From assembly GCA_964493945.1 (NCBI GenBank), contig CAZBQG010000005.1, positions 1,127 to 38,137 of the forward strand: a stretch of 37,011 bases of DNA. Direction: 5' to 3'. This stretch comes from an uncultured Rhodospirillaceae bacterium (GTDB taxonomy: Bacteria > Pseudomonadota > Alphaproteobacteria > Rhodospirillales > UBA2165). Numbering within the stretch: position 1 is the first letter of the stretch; each line of letters begins with the position of its first letter. Shown here in pieces: positions 1 through 10,241 of the stretch. Under the pieces are notes generated by a model. That model saw only the letters and a list, made by a program, of their open reading frames with translations. It was not told the DNA's origin and did not search any database. A program made the position numbers and the translations under genes.

Positions 1-1086
1 GCTGTCGTCGCGCTGGGCCAGCGAAACGATCTCAAGGCCCTGTCTCTGGAACGAAAATTAGGCATTCATGCCTCGCCGACGGCGGTCATGTCCTATGGCA
101 ATGGGGACGGTGCCATAGGTTATCTGGTGGGTGAGGAGAACCGCGGTCTGCACGCCATGTTCGCCATGATGAATTTTTCCAGGTTGGGGGTCGCCATCCA
201 GGGGCCGGCCATGGGCGAGCGGGCCTATCAACTGGCCCGCGCCTATGCCGAGGAACGGACCCAGGGGGTGGCCATCGACGGCACCTCACCCGATGCGGTG
301 CCGATTATCGAACATCCCGACGTGCGGCGCATGCTCATGTCCATGGCCGCCCAGACCGAAGCGGCCCGCGCCATGAACCTTTATATCGCCGCCTGCCAGG
401 ACAAGGCGGCCCGCCACCCGGATGATGAAATGCGCGCCGCCAATGAAGCCCGCCAGGCATTGGTTTTGCCCATCGCCAAGGGCTGGGGCACGGAAGGCGG
501 CATCGAAACCGCTCACCTGGGCATCCAGGTGCATGGCGGTACCGGCTTCATCGAGGAGACGGGCGCCGCGCAATATCTCCGCGATGCGCGTATTTCAGCC
601 ATTTACGAAGGCACCACCGGCATTCAGGCCAATGATCTGTTGTTCCGCAAAGTGGTGCGCGATGAGGCCTGGGCCATGAATGCCCTGTTGGCGGATATGG
701 CTTCGGCCCGCGATGAACTGGCCGCCAGTCCCGATGAGACTTTGACTACCCTGGCCGCCCGTCTGGGCCAGGCCATGGCCCATCTGGATGAAGCCACCCA
801 TTGGTTGTTGGGCACCAACGCCCAGGACCCGGCCCGGGCGGCGGCGGGTGCCGTGCATTATTTGCGGCTGGGGGGGATTACTCTGGGCGGCTGGTTCCTG
901 GCCCGGGCGGCGGGCAGGGCCCGCGAAATGCTTGGTGCCGGGGAAGGCAACCAGGCGTTTCTGACCCGCAAAATTCTGATCGCGCGCTTTTTTGCAGATC
1001 AGTTCATGCCCGATTGTCCCCAATTGCTGGCCAAGATCATGAATGGCGCGGGCAGCGTAATGGATGGAACCAAGGGTGTGTTTTGA
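1..1086 (+). CDS. Acyl-CoA dehydrogenase, DmdC-like long form; 5' end lies outside the window
   Basis: Frame is open from base 1 (AVVALGQRNDLKALSLERKLGIHASPTAVMSYG). Motifs MFAMMNFSRLGV, IIEHPDVRRML, GIQVHGGTGF, RDARISAIYEGTTGIQANDL. Confidence 0.9.
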   Translation, partial: AVVALGQRNDLKALSLERKLGIHASPTAVMSYGNGDGAIGYLVGEENRGLHAMFAMMNFSRLGVAIQGPAMGERAYQLARAYAEERTQGVAIDGTSPDAVPIIEHPDVRRMLMSMAAQTEAARAMNLYIAACQDKAARHPDDEMRAANEARQALVLPIAKGWGTEGGIETAHLGIQVHGGTGFIEETGAAQYLRDARISAIYEGTTGIQANDLLFRKVVRDEAWAMNALLADMASARDELAASPDETLTTLAARLGQAMAHLDEATHWLLGTNAQDPARAAAGAVHYLRLGGITLGGWFLARAAGRAREMLGAGEGNQAFLTRKILIARFFADQFMPDCPQLLAKIMNGAGSVMDGTKGVF

Positions 1087-1210
1087 ATTATAAGGGGCTC
1101 AGCCGGGCTTGCTTCTTCTTAATCCTGAATAACGGAAAAGCTAAATTGCCCATTGATTCTCATATATTTTTTTATTCCACCTTGGAAAAAAAAGGCTATA
1201 GTCGGCAGCC

Positions 1211-2341
1211 ATGAACAGGATTTCCAGATATATGCTGCGCCAATTGACGGTGGGCATGATCTTGGCCAGCCTGGGTCTGGCCGGAGTGATCTGGCTGACC
1301 CAGTCCCTGCGTTTCGTGGATTCCATCATTAACCGTGGCCTGTCGGCGGGGGATTTCTTTTATCTGACCATTCTTCTGATGCCCAATTTTCTGACCATCG
1401 TTCTGCCCATCGCCTTGTTTCTGGTGGTGATATTCATCTATTCCAAGATGAATGCGGACCGGGAACTGGTCATCCTGCGCGCCGCCGGGGTGAGCCCCTT
1501 GTCGGTGGCCAAGCCGGCGCTTTATATGGGCTTGGCGGTGACCGCCCTCAGTTACGCCCTGGCCCTTTATATGACGCCCATTTCGTACAAGAAATTCCGG
1601 GTCATGCAGTGGGATATCCGCTACAGCCTGGCCCATGTGGTGCTGCGCGAGGGCGAATTCAGCATGTTTTCGGACAAAATAACGGTCTATGTCAGAGAGC
1701 GCACCGGCGAGAACGAGCTTCTGGGGATTTTGGTCCATGATAGTCACGACCCGAAGAAACCGGTCACTTATCTGGCCAAGCGGGGGATTTTGGCCGAAAC
1801 GCCCAGCGGCGCCCGGGTGGTCATGTTCGAAGGCAGCCGTCAGGTTCTGGACAGAACCAGCCCGAAAAAGGATTCAACCTTGTTTTTCGACCAATATAAT
1901 CTGGATCTCAGCGGCGTGGTCAAAAAGCCGAAACGGCGTTACCGGGAGCCCCGTGAGCGGATGGTGGGAGAGCTTCTGTCCTTGAAAAAGGAGGATATGG
2001 GGAACCCCAAGGATTACGGCAAATTCGTCATCGAGGCCCATCAGAGGCTGACCTCCCCCTTGAGCGGGTTGGGCTTCATCCTGGTCGGGCTTTTATGCCT
2101 GTTGAGTGGTGATTTCTCCCGGCGCGGCCAAGCGTTGCGCATCACCGCCGCCGTCATCATCATCATCGCCCTGCAGGCCATTTTCATGGCATTGACCAAC
2201 CTGGCGGCCAAGAATTTGGAACTTGTTCCCCTCCTTTATGTCAATGCACTGCTTCCCATTCTGGTGGGAATGGGGCTTTTGATCCATCCGCCGCGCTGGC
2301 GCAATCCCTTTGCGTCGGGCCGCCCGGCGCCGGCGGGTTAG
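1211..2341 (+). CDS. lptF: LPS export ABC transporter permease LptF
   Basis: Multi-TM protein with ELVILRAAGVS motif; first of a YjgP/YjgQ pair upstream of lptD. Confidence 0.92.
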   Translation: MNRISRYMLRQLTVGMILASLGLAGVIWLTQSLRFVDSIINRGLSAGDFFYLTILLMPNFLTIVLPIALFLVVIFIYSKMNADRELVILRAAGVSPLSVAKPALYMGLAVTALSYALALYMTPISYKKFRVMQWDIRYSLAHVVLREGEFSMFSDKITVYVRERTGENELLGILVHDSHDPKKPVTYLAKRGILAETPSGARVVMFEGSRQVLDRTSPKKDSTLFFDQYNLDLSGVVKKPKRRYREPRERMVGELLSLKKEDMGNPKDYGKFVIEAHQRLTSPLSGLGFILVGLLCLLSGDFSRRGQALRITAAVIIIIALQAIFMALTNLAAKNLELVPLLYVNALLPILVGMGLLIHPPRWRNPFASGRPAPAG

Positions 2342-2355
2342 GGGAGGGAAGCCGG

Positions 2356-3456
2356 ATGCGCCTCTCGCCCATACTTTCGATCTATATCGGCCGACAGTTC
2401 CTGATCAGCTTTGCCGGCGTTATTGTCGTCCTGCTCAGTATCATATTTCTGTTCGACATCGTCGAATTGCTGCGCCGCTCGGCGACCCAGGAGGCCGTCA
2501 ATGCCGGGCTGATTTTGAAAATGGGATTGTTCAAGCTGCCCTTCATGGGGCAAAAGATGTTTCCCTTTGCCGTTCTGTTCGGCGCCATGGTTTCATTTTG
2601 GCGTTTGACCCGGTCCCGCGAATTGATGGTCACCCGGGCTGCCGGGGTCTCCGCCTGGCAATTTCTGCTTCCCGTCCTGGTCATGGCGTTTCTTCTTGGA
2701 CTGTTCAAAATCATGGCCTTCAATCCCGCGGCTTCCGTGCTTCTGACCCGCTATGAACGGCTTAATTCAACCTATCTGAAGGGCCAGACCAACCTGCTTG
2801 CACTGTCCAGCTCCGGCCTGTGGCTGCGTCAGGCCAACGAAAAAAGTCAATCCGTGATCCATGCCTACCGGTTGTCCCTGGACGGCGCCGATATCGGCCT
2901 GGAGGAAGTGACCATTTTTGTTTATTCCGGGATCGACAGTTTCGAAGGACGGGTTACGGCCAAGACCGGGAAATTGGAGGACGGCTTCTGGCACCTGCGT
3001 GATGTTTGGATCTACAAGCCTGACACGCCCTTGCGCCAGGTGGAGGAATATTGGTTCGAAACCGATCTGACGCTGGATAACATTCAAGACAGTTTCGCAC
3101 CGCCCGAGACCATGTCCTTTTGGGATTTGCCCAATTTCATTGAAAATCTGGAGCGCGCCGGGTTTTCGGCCCTGCGCCACAGGCTTTATTGGCACAGCCT
3201 TATGGCCGCCCCTCTGCTTTTATGTGCCATGATTTTAATCGCCGCCACATTCACCTTGCGCTCGTCCAGAACCGGGAACACGGCCTTCGTCATCATGGGT
3301 GGGGTTTTTGTTGGGTTTGTGTTGTTCTTCTTTTCAGATATTGTCTCGGCTCTCGGCCTGCGCGACAACATTCCCGTCGTCCTGGCAGCCTGGACGCCGT
3401 CGGGGGTTTTCACCTTGCTGGGCCTGGCCATGGTTTTTCACCTGGAGGACGGATAG
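2356..3456 (+). CDS. lptG: LPS export ABC transporter permease LptG
   Basis: ELMVTRAAGVSAWQF, LWLRQ, MSFWDLP, C-terminal LEDG; follows lptF. Confidence 0.92.
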   Translation: MRLSPILSIYIGRQFLISFAGVIVVLLSIIFLFDIVELLRRSATQEAVNAGLILKMGLFKLPFMGQKMFPFAVLFGAMVSFWRLTRSRELMVTRAAGVSAWQFLLPVLVMAFLLGLFKIMAFNPAASVLLTRYERLNSTYLKGQTNLLALSSSGLWLRQANEKSQSVIHAYRLSLDGADIGLEEVTIFVYSGIDSFEGRVTAKTGKLEDGFWHLRDVWIYKPDTPLRQVEEYWFETDLTLDNIQDSFAPPETMSFWDLPNFIENLERAGFSALRHRLYWHSLMAAPLLLCAMILIAATFTLRSSRTGNTAFVIMGGVFVGFVLFFFSDIVSALGLRDNIPVVLAAWTPSGVFTLLGLAMVFHLEDG

Positions 3457-3460
3457 CCCC

Positions 3461-5626
3461 GTGTTCAAGGCAAGATTGTCACATATGGGTGCGTTTTTAG
3501 CCCTTTTGTTCCTGTCCCTTTGGCCGGTGGGCGCCGGGGCCCAGCCGGCTGCTGGTCCGGGGGCAAGTCAGGAGCCCTTCCTGTTCACCGCTGATGAGGT
3601 GATCCATGAACGTGAATTGGGCATTTCCAGGCTGACGGGAAATGTTGAAATTTCCAAAGATGACAAAATTCTGATCGCCGATACGGTCACCTATAATGAA
3701 CGGGAGGCTGTTCTTTCAGCCTCTGGGAATGTGAAATTTCTCCAGCCCTCGGGTGATGTGCTGTTCGGTGAATTCATGGAAATCAGCGGCGATTTCAAAG
3801 ACGGCATCATCCGCGAAATCCGTATCCTTCTGTCCGACAGCGCGCGCATCGCGGCAAACGGGGCGCGCCTTTCGGGAGGCACCCGCCTGGAAATGAGCAA
3901 CGCGGTCTATTCATCCTGCAATGCCTGCGCCCGCGACCCTGAACAGCCGCCTTTCTGGCAGGTCAAGGCGGTCAAGGCGGTCCATGATCAGGTCCGCAAG
4001 ACCGTGGAATATACGGATGCCTGGTTGGAATTGGCCGGCCTGCCCGTGTTCTACACCCCCTATTTGTCCCACTCCGATCCGACGGTCCAGCGCCAAAGCG
4101 GGTTTCTGGTACCCAAATTCGGCGCTTCGAACAATCTGGGGACCACCTTGAGCGCCCCCTATCACTATGTCATCGCGCCCAACCGGGATGCCACCATCAC
4201 GCCGATCCTCACGTCGAAGGAACGCCTGGTCCTGGCCGGCGAGTACCGGGAATTGCAAACCCACGGGTTGGTGAATGTTGAAGCCAGCGTGAACTATGAC
4301 TCGAAGAACGAATTTCGCGGCCATCTGGACAGCGACGGACGTTTCGATCTGGACCGGACCTGGCGCTGGGGGTTCGATTTGGACCGGGCGAGCGACGATA
4401 CCTATAAACGCCGCTTCCGCTTCGGTTCGGAAAAAACACTGACCTCCAGGCTTTTCGCCGAAGGCTTCAGAAATCGCAATTATATGGCAGTTTCAGGAGT
4501 AACCTTTCAGGGCGTGCGCGAAACCGATGATCCGGGCAATACCCCCGTCGTGCTGCCCATGTTTGAATTCTCCCAGTTGGGGGAGCCTCTGCATCTCGGC
4601 GCCAGGACCAGCCTGGATGCAAGCATGGTGGCCCTGTCTCGCACGCGGGGCATGGACACGCGCAGGATGTCCGCCGGTGCCGGGTATCATTTGCCCTATA
4701 TCAGCCCCTTGGGCGAGATTTATGATCTGTCCCTGTCCCTGCACGGTGATCTCTATCATGTCAGCCGTCTGCCGCGCCCGGGCGCGAAGAAGGATTACAG
4801 CGGCTTCGCGGGACGCCTGCGTCCTGAAATGGCGCTCAATTGGCGGCTTCCCTTCTCGCGCCGGTCGGGCTTCGCGGATCAGGTGGTGGAACCGGTGGTC
4901 TCCGTCGTTCTCAGCCCCAATGGCGGCAATCCCGATACCATTCCCAACGAGGACAGCGTGGATCTGGAACTGGATGAAACCAATCTCATCTCGGCCAACC
5001 GCTTTACCGGGCTTGACCGGGTCGAAAGCGGCCCGCGCATGGGATATGGTCTGAAATGGCGAATCCAGGGCAAGAAAGGCGGCGGCAGTTCGGTCTTTTT
5101 GGGGCAAAGCTTCCGCTTAAGGGATGACTATACCTTCGGCCAGGGCAGCGGGCTGGAGGATAATTTCTCCGATATCGTCGGGCGGCTCACGGTCTCGCCG
5201 GGCGAGGACCTGGATCTGGTCTACCGCACCCGGATCGACAAGGACGATCTTTCGCCAAGGCGCCATGAAGTCAACTTAAGGGCCGGCCGTCCGGCATTGA
5301 ATTTCTCGACCAATTACGTCTTCTTCGATCATCAGGAAGGGTCTGAATTCGGCGGGCGTGAAGAAATCCGAACCAATGTCAGCGCCAAGCTGACCCGCTT
5401 CTGGCGGAGCGATTTCTCCAACCTCTATGATCTGGACGAGGATGACGGGCTGCGCTCATTGGGTTTGAAATTCACCTATGAATGCGAATGTTTTGATTTC
5501 AGCGTATCCTTCACGCGAACCTTTTACGAAGACCGGGACGTCAAGCCCAGCGACGCCATATTGTTGAGGATGACCTTCAAGACCCTGGGCGAGGTACAGA
5601 CCGGAATATCCCATTCCGGGAGCTGA
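3461..5626 (+). CDS. lptD: LPS assembly outer-membrane protein LptD
   Basis: Signal peptide after GTG 3461 (ATG 3485 is an alternative start). YSSCNAC..PFWQVKA, RQSGFLVP, NRFTGLDRVE, YECECF motifs. Confidence 0.92.
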   Translation: MFKARLSHMGAFLALLFLSLWPVGAGAQPAAGPGASQEPFLFTADEVIHERELGISRLTGNVEISKDDKILIADTVTYNEREAVLSASGNVKFLQPSGDVLFGEFMEISGDFKDGIIREIRILLSDSARIAANGARLSGGTRLEMSNAVYSSCNACARDPEQPPFWQVKAVKAVHDQVRKTVEYTDAWLELAGLPVFYTPYLSHSDPTVQRQSGFLVPKFGASNNLGTTLSAPYHYVIAPNRDATITPILTSKERLVLAGEYRELQTHGLVNVEASVNYDSKNEFRGHLDSDGRFDLDRTWRWGFDLDRASDDTYKRRFRFGSEKTLTSRLFAEGFRNRNYMAVSGVTFQGVRETDDPGNTPVVLPMFEFSQLGEPLHLGARTSLDASMVALSRTRGMDTRRMSAGAGYHLPYISPLGEIYDLSLSLHGDLYHVSRLPRPGAKKDYSGFAGRLRPEMALNWRLPFSRRSGFADQVVEPVVSVVLSPNGGNPDTIPNEDSVDLELDETNLISANRFTGLDRVESGPRMGYGLKWRIQGKKGGGSSVFLGQSFRLRDDYTFGQGSGLEDNFSDIVGRLTVSPGEDLDLVYRTRIDKDDLSPRRHEVNLRAGRPALNFSTNYVFFDHQEGSEFGGREEIRTNVSAKLTRFWRSDFSNLYDLDEDDGLRSLGLKFTYECECFDFSVSFTRTFYEDRDVKPSDAILLRMTFKTLGEVQTGISHSGS

Positions 5627-6930
5627 TGGAAGGTATGATGGGGAAAATGATCCATCTCGGCAAATGCCACCGGAAACACCTGTGGGGTCTGATTGTCCTG
5701 GCGGTTTTGGGTCTTTATCCGGAGCGCATCCTGGCCCAGGCTTCCTTGCGCATCGCGGCCATCGTCAATGACGAAGCAATTTCCGTTTATGATCTCAACA
5801 ACCGGGCGCGTCTGGTTATTTTTTCAGCCCGTCTGCCCGGTGATCCCGCCACCCTCCGGCGGGTCCGAGCTCAGGTCATGCGCAACCTGATCGATGAGAG
5901 GTTGCGCCTTCAGGAAGCCAAAAAGCAGAAAATCACCGTCGAAAAGAGGGAAATCGATCTTGCCGTTAGGGATCTGGAAACGCGCAACAAGATATCCAAA
6001 GGCCAGTTGCGCCAATTCCTGAACGGCAGGGGGATCGACAAATCCACTCTGATCAGCCAGATCGAAGCCAATATCGCCTGGATCAAAGTGGTCCGCCGCT
6101 CCGTCCGTTCGGGCACCGCCATCGGCGAGGATGCGATAGACGAAGCCCTGGCCCAAATGAAGGCAAACAAGGGAAAACCAGAATACCTTATCGGCGAGAT
6201 ATTTCTGCCCTTCACGCAAAAAACCACCGTCGAGAATATGGCGGAATTCGCCAACAAGCTGGTCGGCCAAATTCGCAATGGCGCGGATTTCAGCACCGTG
6301 GCCAAGACTTTTTCAGCCAGCGCCTCGGCCACACTTGGTGGCCGGCTGGGCTGGATGCGGTCCGACCAGATCGCCATCAGTCTGGCCAGGGCTTTGGAGC
6401 GTATGCAGGTTAAGGAATTGTCCCAACCGATCAAGGCGCTCGACGGTTACTATATCCTGCAGTTGCACGGTAAGCGGCTGGCGAGCAGTGGGGCCAACAC
6501 TGAAATCGTCATGAACCTGCATCAGATATTTCTTCCCCTTCCCAAGAATGCCGCCCCGGACAGGGTCAAAGCCGGCATGGGTGCTCTAAGGGGGGCAGTC
6601 CGGGGGGTGAGGGTATGCGGCGATATGAAAAAAGCGGGCGCCAAGCTGAAGGGCGGGAAAGCGGCTTTTTTAAAGGATATCAAATTGACTTCCCTACCCA
6701 ATAATCTGGGCAATGTGGTGGGCCGGCTGGGCGTGGGTCGGGTCAGCCCGCCCGTCCGCATGCCGGCTGGCCTGGTGGCGGTGATGGTCTGCACCCGGAA
6801 GGGGGGCGGCCCGGACTCCAAAATCCGCGAGCGGGTGGGCACCCATTTGCGGGGTCAAAGGGCCGATATGGTTTCCCGGCGTCTGCTCCGCAATCTTCGC
6901 CGATCGGCTTTCATCGATATCAGGAAATGA
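5626..6930 (+). CDS. surA: Periplasmic chaperone/peptidyl-prolyl isomerase SurA
   Basis: IAAIVNDEAIS N-domain and parvulin GADFSTVAKTFS..GGRLGW; lies between lptD and pdxA. True start may be 5635/5638. Confidence 0.88.
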   Translation: MEGMMGKMIHLGKCHRKHLWGLIVLAVLGLYPERILAQASLRIAAIVNDEAISVYDLNNRARLVIFSARLPGDPATLRRVRAQVMRNLIDERLRLQEAKKQKITVEKREIDLAVRDLETRNKISKGQLRQFLNGRGIDKSTLISQIEANIAWIKVVRRSVRSGTAIGEDAIDEALAQMKANKGKPEYLIGEIFLPFTQKTTVENMAEFANKLVGQIRNGADFSTVAKTFSASASATLGGRLGWMRSDQIAISLARALERMQVKELSQPIKALDGYYILQLHGKRLASSGANTEIVMNLHQIFLPLPKNAAPDRVKAGMGALRGAVRGVRVCGDMKKAGAKLKGGKAAFLKDIKLTSLPNNLGNVVGRLGVGRVSPPVRMPAGLVAVMVCTRKGGGPDSKIRERVGTHLRGQRADMVSRRLLRNLRRSAFIDIRK

Positions 6931-7973
6931 CATTGGCCGAAGTCTCTGGGGCCAAAGTCTCTGGGGCCCAGCCTACCCCTCCAATCGCGTTGACCATGGG
7001 CGAGCCGGCTGGTGTGGGTGGTGAAATCACCCTCAAGCTCTGGCAGGGTAGGACACAAGAAACCCCCATTTTTTTTCTGATTGATGATGGGCAGCGGCTG
7101 AGGCGTTTGGCTGGGGAATTGGGCCTGGAAGTGCCCGTCCAGGAGATTGACGGGCCCGAGGGGGCAGCGGAGGTTTTTGGCCAAGCCTTGCCCGTGCTGC
7201 CCGTGACTCTGGCGGCTCCGGTGACGCCGGGTCAGTTGGACGGGCGCAATGGCCGGGCCGTGGGCCAGGCAATTGAAATGGCGGTCCGTCTCACCCAGGC
7301 GGGCCGGGTGGGAGCCGTCGTCACCAATCCTATCCATAAGCAGGTTTTCCAAGAGGCCGGCTTTTCCTATCCCGGCCATACAGAATTTCTGGCCGCTCTG
7401 GCCGGCATCGAAAGCGAGCCGGTGATGATGCTGACGGGCGAGGGATTGCGCGTGGTCCCGGTCACCCGCCATATGAGCCTGACCCAGGCCATCGGTGCCT
7501 TGAGCCCCGAATTGATCATCGAGACCGGGCTGATCACGGCCAACGCTTTGGCCCAGGATTTCGCCATTAAGACCCCGCGTATCGCCCTGGCCGGGCTTAA
7601 TCCCCATGCCGGCGAAGGGGGCGTGATGGGTGATGAGGAAAGCCGCCTCATTGAACCGGCCATCCGCGCCCTGGCAGATCAAGGGATCGAGGTGCGGGGG
7701 CCGCTGCCGGCCGATACCTTGTTTCATGCCGAGGCCAGACGCACCTATGATGCGGTCTTGTGCATGTATCACGATCAGGCCCTGATCCCCATCAAGACCA
7801 TCGATTTCCATGGTGCGGTGAATGTGACCCTGGGTCTGCCTTTCGTGCGCACCTCGCCCGATCACGGAACGGCGCTTGATATCGCGGGCACCGGCCAGGC
7901 CCGTGAAGACAGCCTCACCGCCGCCGTCAATCTTGCGGCCTTCATGGCCGGCCGCCGGGCGCGGGTCCTTTAG
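6927..7973 (+). CDS. pdxA: 4-hydroxythreonine-4-phosphate dehydrogenase
   Basis: TMGEPAGVGGE, GHTEFLA, GLNPHAGEGG, MYHDQALIP, RTSPDHGTA. Confidence 0.97.
   Translation: MTLAEVSGAKVSGAQPTPPIALTMGEPAGVGGEITLKLWQGRTQETPIFFLIDDGQRLRRLAGELGLEVPVQEIDGPEGAAEVFGQALPVLPVTLAAPVTPGQLDGRNGRAVGQAIEMAVRLTQAGRVGAVVTNPIHKQVFQEAGFSYPGHTEFLAALAGIESEPVMMLTGEGLRVVPVTRHMSLTQAIGALSPELIIETGLITANALAQDFAIKTPRIALAGLNPHAGEGGVMGDEESRLIEPAIRALADQGIEVRGPLPADTLFHAEARRTYDAVLCMYHDQALIPIKTIDFHGAVNVTLGLPFVRTSPDHGTALDIAGTGQAREDSLTAAVNLAAFMAGRRARVL
6935..6968 (+). repeat. 15-nt tandem duplication in the pdxA 5' end (AEVSG-AKVSG)
   Basis: AAGTCTCTGGGGCC at 6940-6953 and 6955-6968. Confidence 0.85.
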
Positions 7974-8806
7974 TGGCGGAAAAAGAAAACTTCCTGCCGC
8001 CTTTGCGGGACGTGATCCAGCGCCATGATCTTGGCGCCAAACGGTCCCTGGGCCAGCATTTCTTGCTGGACGGTAATCTTTGCGGCCGCATCGCGCGTCT
8101 GGGGGGCGACCTCGACGGGGTCAGCGTCATCGAAATCGGCCCCGGTCCGGGTGGCCTGACCCGGGCGTTGCTGGACCAGGGGGCGGCATATGTGGTGGCC
8201 ATTGAAAAAGATGAACGATGCGTCCAGGCACTTGGCGAATTGGGTGATGTTTATCCGGGCCGGCTGAAAATACTGGAAGGCGATGCGCTGCAGGTAGATG
8301 CCGCCACGCTGGGTGCCGCGCCCCGGCGCATTATAGCCAATCTGCCTTACAATATTTCCACGGCGCTGCTCATTCACTGGCTGCCCCGGATTTCGTCTTT
8401 CGCCGGGCTTCATCTCATGTTCCAAAAAGAAGTGGCCGGGCGCATCTGTGCCGGCCCTGGAACAAAAGCCTATGGCCGGCTTTCCATCATCACCCAATGG
8501 CTATGCGAAACGCATCTGGAATTCGACGTGGACCGGCGCGCTTTTACCCCATCGCCCCGCGTGACCTCCAGCGTCGTATCCTTTACGCCCCGCACCCAAC
8601 CTTTGGCCGAGGCCGATTTTTCCGCCATGGAACGGGTCACTTCCATAGCCTTCGGGCAACGGCGCAAGATGGTCAGGAGTTCTCTCAAACTGCTGGCGGA
8701 TTCTTTTCCCGAGATCGGCATAGAGTCCACGCGGCGGGCCGAGGAGCTTTGCATCGAGGAATATTGCGCTCTGGCCCGCGCCCTGAGCAGATTTGAAAAA
8801 GCCTAA
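7973..8806 (+). CDS. rsmA: 16S rRNA adenine dimethyltransferase RsmA/KsgA
   Basis: LGQHFLLD, EIGPGPGGLT, ANLPYNIST, MFQKEVA, FGQRRK. Confidence 0.97.
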   Translation: MAEKENFLPPLRDVIQRHDLGAKRSLGQHFLLDGNLCGRIARLGGDLDGVSVIEIGPGPGGLTRALLDQGAAYVVAIEKDERCVQALGELGDVYPGRLKILEGDALQVDAATLGAAPRRIIANLPYNISTALLIHWLPRISSFAGLHLMFQKEVAGRICAGPGTKAYGRLSIITQWLCETHLEFDVDRRAFTPSPRVTSSVVSFTPRTQPLAEADFSAMERVTSIAFGQRRKMVRSSLKLLADSFPEIGIESTRRAEELCIEEYCALARALSRFEKA

Positions 8807-9573
8807 ACCAATCCAAGCTCCGAGGCGCTGACCCATAAGAGGCGGATGCCCAGGAGGGTGATGAGGGTCTTGAAGAAAATCCTGAACAGGCTTTCGGGCA
8901 TGCGGTCCAGCACCTTGATCGCCACCCAGTTGCCGAGCGCCGTCATGGCGATCATCGCCACCAAAAGCGGCGTATAAGCGGTGAGGGAGACGCCTACCAA
9001 GCCGAAAGCGATGAGCTTGTTAATATGTACCATGGTCATGACGGCGGCCAGGGTTGCCGCATGGATGCGCCGGTCCGGGCTTGCCCCGGCGACAAAAGGG
9101 GCGATCAGGGTACCGACCGCACCGACAAAGACACCCAAAAATGTTGCGCCTCCGCCGATGAAGGCAAAGCGCCATTTGGCTCCTCCCAGGCGGGACAATT
9201 TGGGAAGCCAGACCAGGATGATGATCATGCAGCCGATGGCCCCTAAAATGATGCCCGACGGTAGCGAAATAAACAGTTTCCCGCCCAGGGCCGCACCCAA
9301 TGCTGAGCCGATGAAAAAGGGCAGCAGGATATCGCGCATGACATAGCGCCACATGATGGCGATGCGGCTCAAACTGGCGCCCAACTGGACCACCGCATGG
9401 ACGGGGACCATGACAGCCGGCGTAAAAAATAAGGCCAGGATCGCCAGCAGGGCCAGACCGCCCGCCGTGCCTGCCACGGCCCCCATGAACGATGTCACCA
9501 GGGCAGCAGCGGCCAATCCCAGAAAAAGCCAGGCGTTCACATCGGGAACCCCTAGAAATTGCGCTTCTGACAT
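8803..9573 (-). CDS. TauE/SafE (TSUP) family membrane protein
   Basis: About 8 hydrophobic helices with GTAGG and GAVG..IAPF repeats. Confidence 0.8.
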   Translation of the reverse strand: MSEAQFLGVPDVNAWLFLGLAAAALVTSFMGAVAGTAGGLALLAILALFFTPAVMVPVHAVVQLGASLSRIAIMWRYVMRDILLPFFIGSALGAALGGKLFISLPSGIILGAIGCMIIILVWLPKLSRLGGAKWRFAFIGGGATFLGVFVGAVGTLIAPFVAGASPDRRIHAATLAAVMTMVHINKLIAFGLVGVSLTAYTPLLVAMIAMTALGNWVAIKVLDRMPESLFRIFFKTLITLLGIRLLWVSASELGLV

Positions 9574-9599
9574 GTTTGGAAATCTCGCTGGGGTGGTGA

Positions 9600-10241
9600 T
9601 TATTCTTTGTTACGCAGATTCTCGACGAATTGATGCAGGCCCACCTGCTGGGAACGGCGCAGCCGCACGGCGGTCAGAATGGCCCTTACTTCCGCCATGC
9701 TGACCTCCACATCCTCATTGACGATGATGTAGTCATATTCGGTGTAGTGGCTCATCTCATCGGCCGCGCGGGCCATGCGGCCGGCCACCACCTCGTCCGA
9801 ATCCTGGGCACGGTTGCGCAGGCGCTGTTCCAATTCGGCGATACTGGGCGGCAGGATGAAAACGCTGACCACGTCTTCCCGGTCATGTTCGACCAGTTGC
9901 TGGGTGCCTTGCCAATCCACATCGAACAAGACGTCGTTTCCCGCCGCCAATGCCTTGTCCACTTCGGCCTTGGGCGTGCCGTAAAGATTGCCGAAGACCG
10001 TGGCATGTTCCAAAAGCTCGCCCTCTTCGATCATCTTCCTGAAGGCCGGCTCATCGACGAAGATGTAATCCTCGCCATCCGTTTCGCCCGGGCGCATGGG
10101 CCGGGTCGTGGCCGAGATGGACATGACCAGATCCGGACCCTCGGCCAACAGCCGTTGCGCGAGCGTGGTCTTCCCGGCCCCCGACGGAGACGACAGGACA
10201 AACAAAAGATTGCGCCGGGAGGGGCCTGTTTCCTTATTCAA
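9600..10241 (-). CDS. gmk: Guanylate kinase
   Basis: SSPSGAGKTT P-loop, SATTRPMRPGE, FDVDWQG. Confidence 0.97.
   Translation of the reverse strand: MNKETGPSRRNLLFVLSSPSGAGKTTLAQRLLAEGPDLVMSISATTRPMRPGETDGEDYIFVDEPAFRKMIEEGELLEHATVFGNLYGTPKAEVDKALAAGNDVLFDVDWQGTQQLVEHDREDVVSVFILPPSIAELEQRLRNRAQDSDEVVAGRMARAADEMSHYTEYDYIIVNEDVEVSMAEVRAILTAVRLRRSQQVGLHQFVENLRNKE

Noticed and set aside
3299-3460. N-terminal extension of the LptD ORF
   Set aside because: Overlaps lptG out of frame; the signal peptide starts only after 3461.
6855-7865. 336-aa minus-strand ORF
   Set aside because: Antisense shadow of pdxA, expected at high GC; no motifs.
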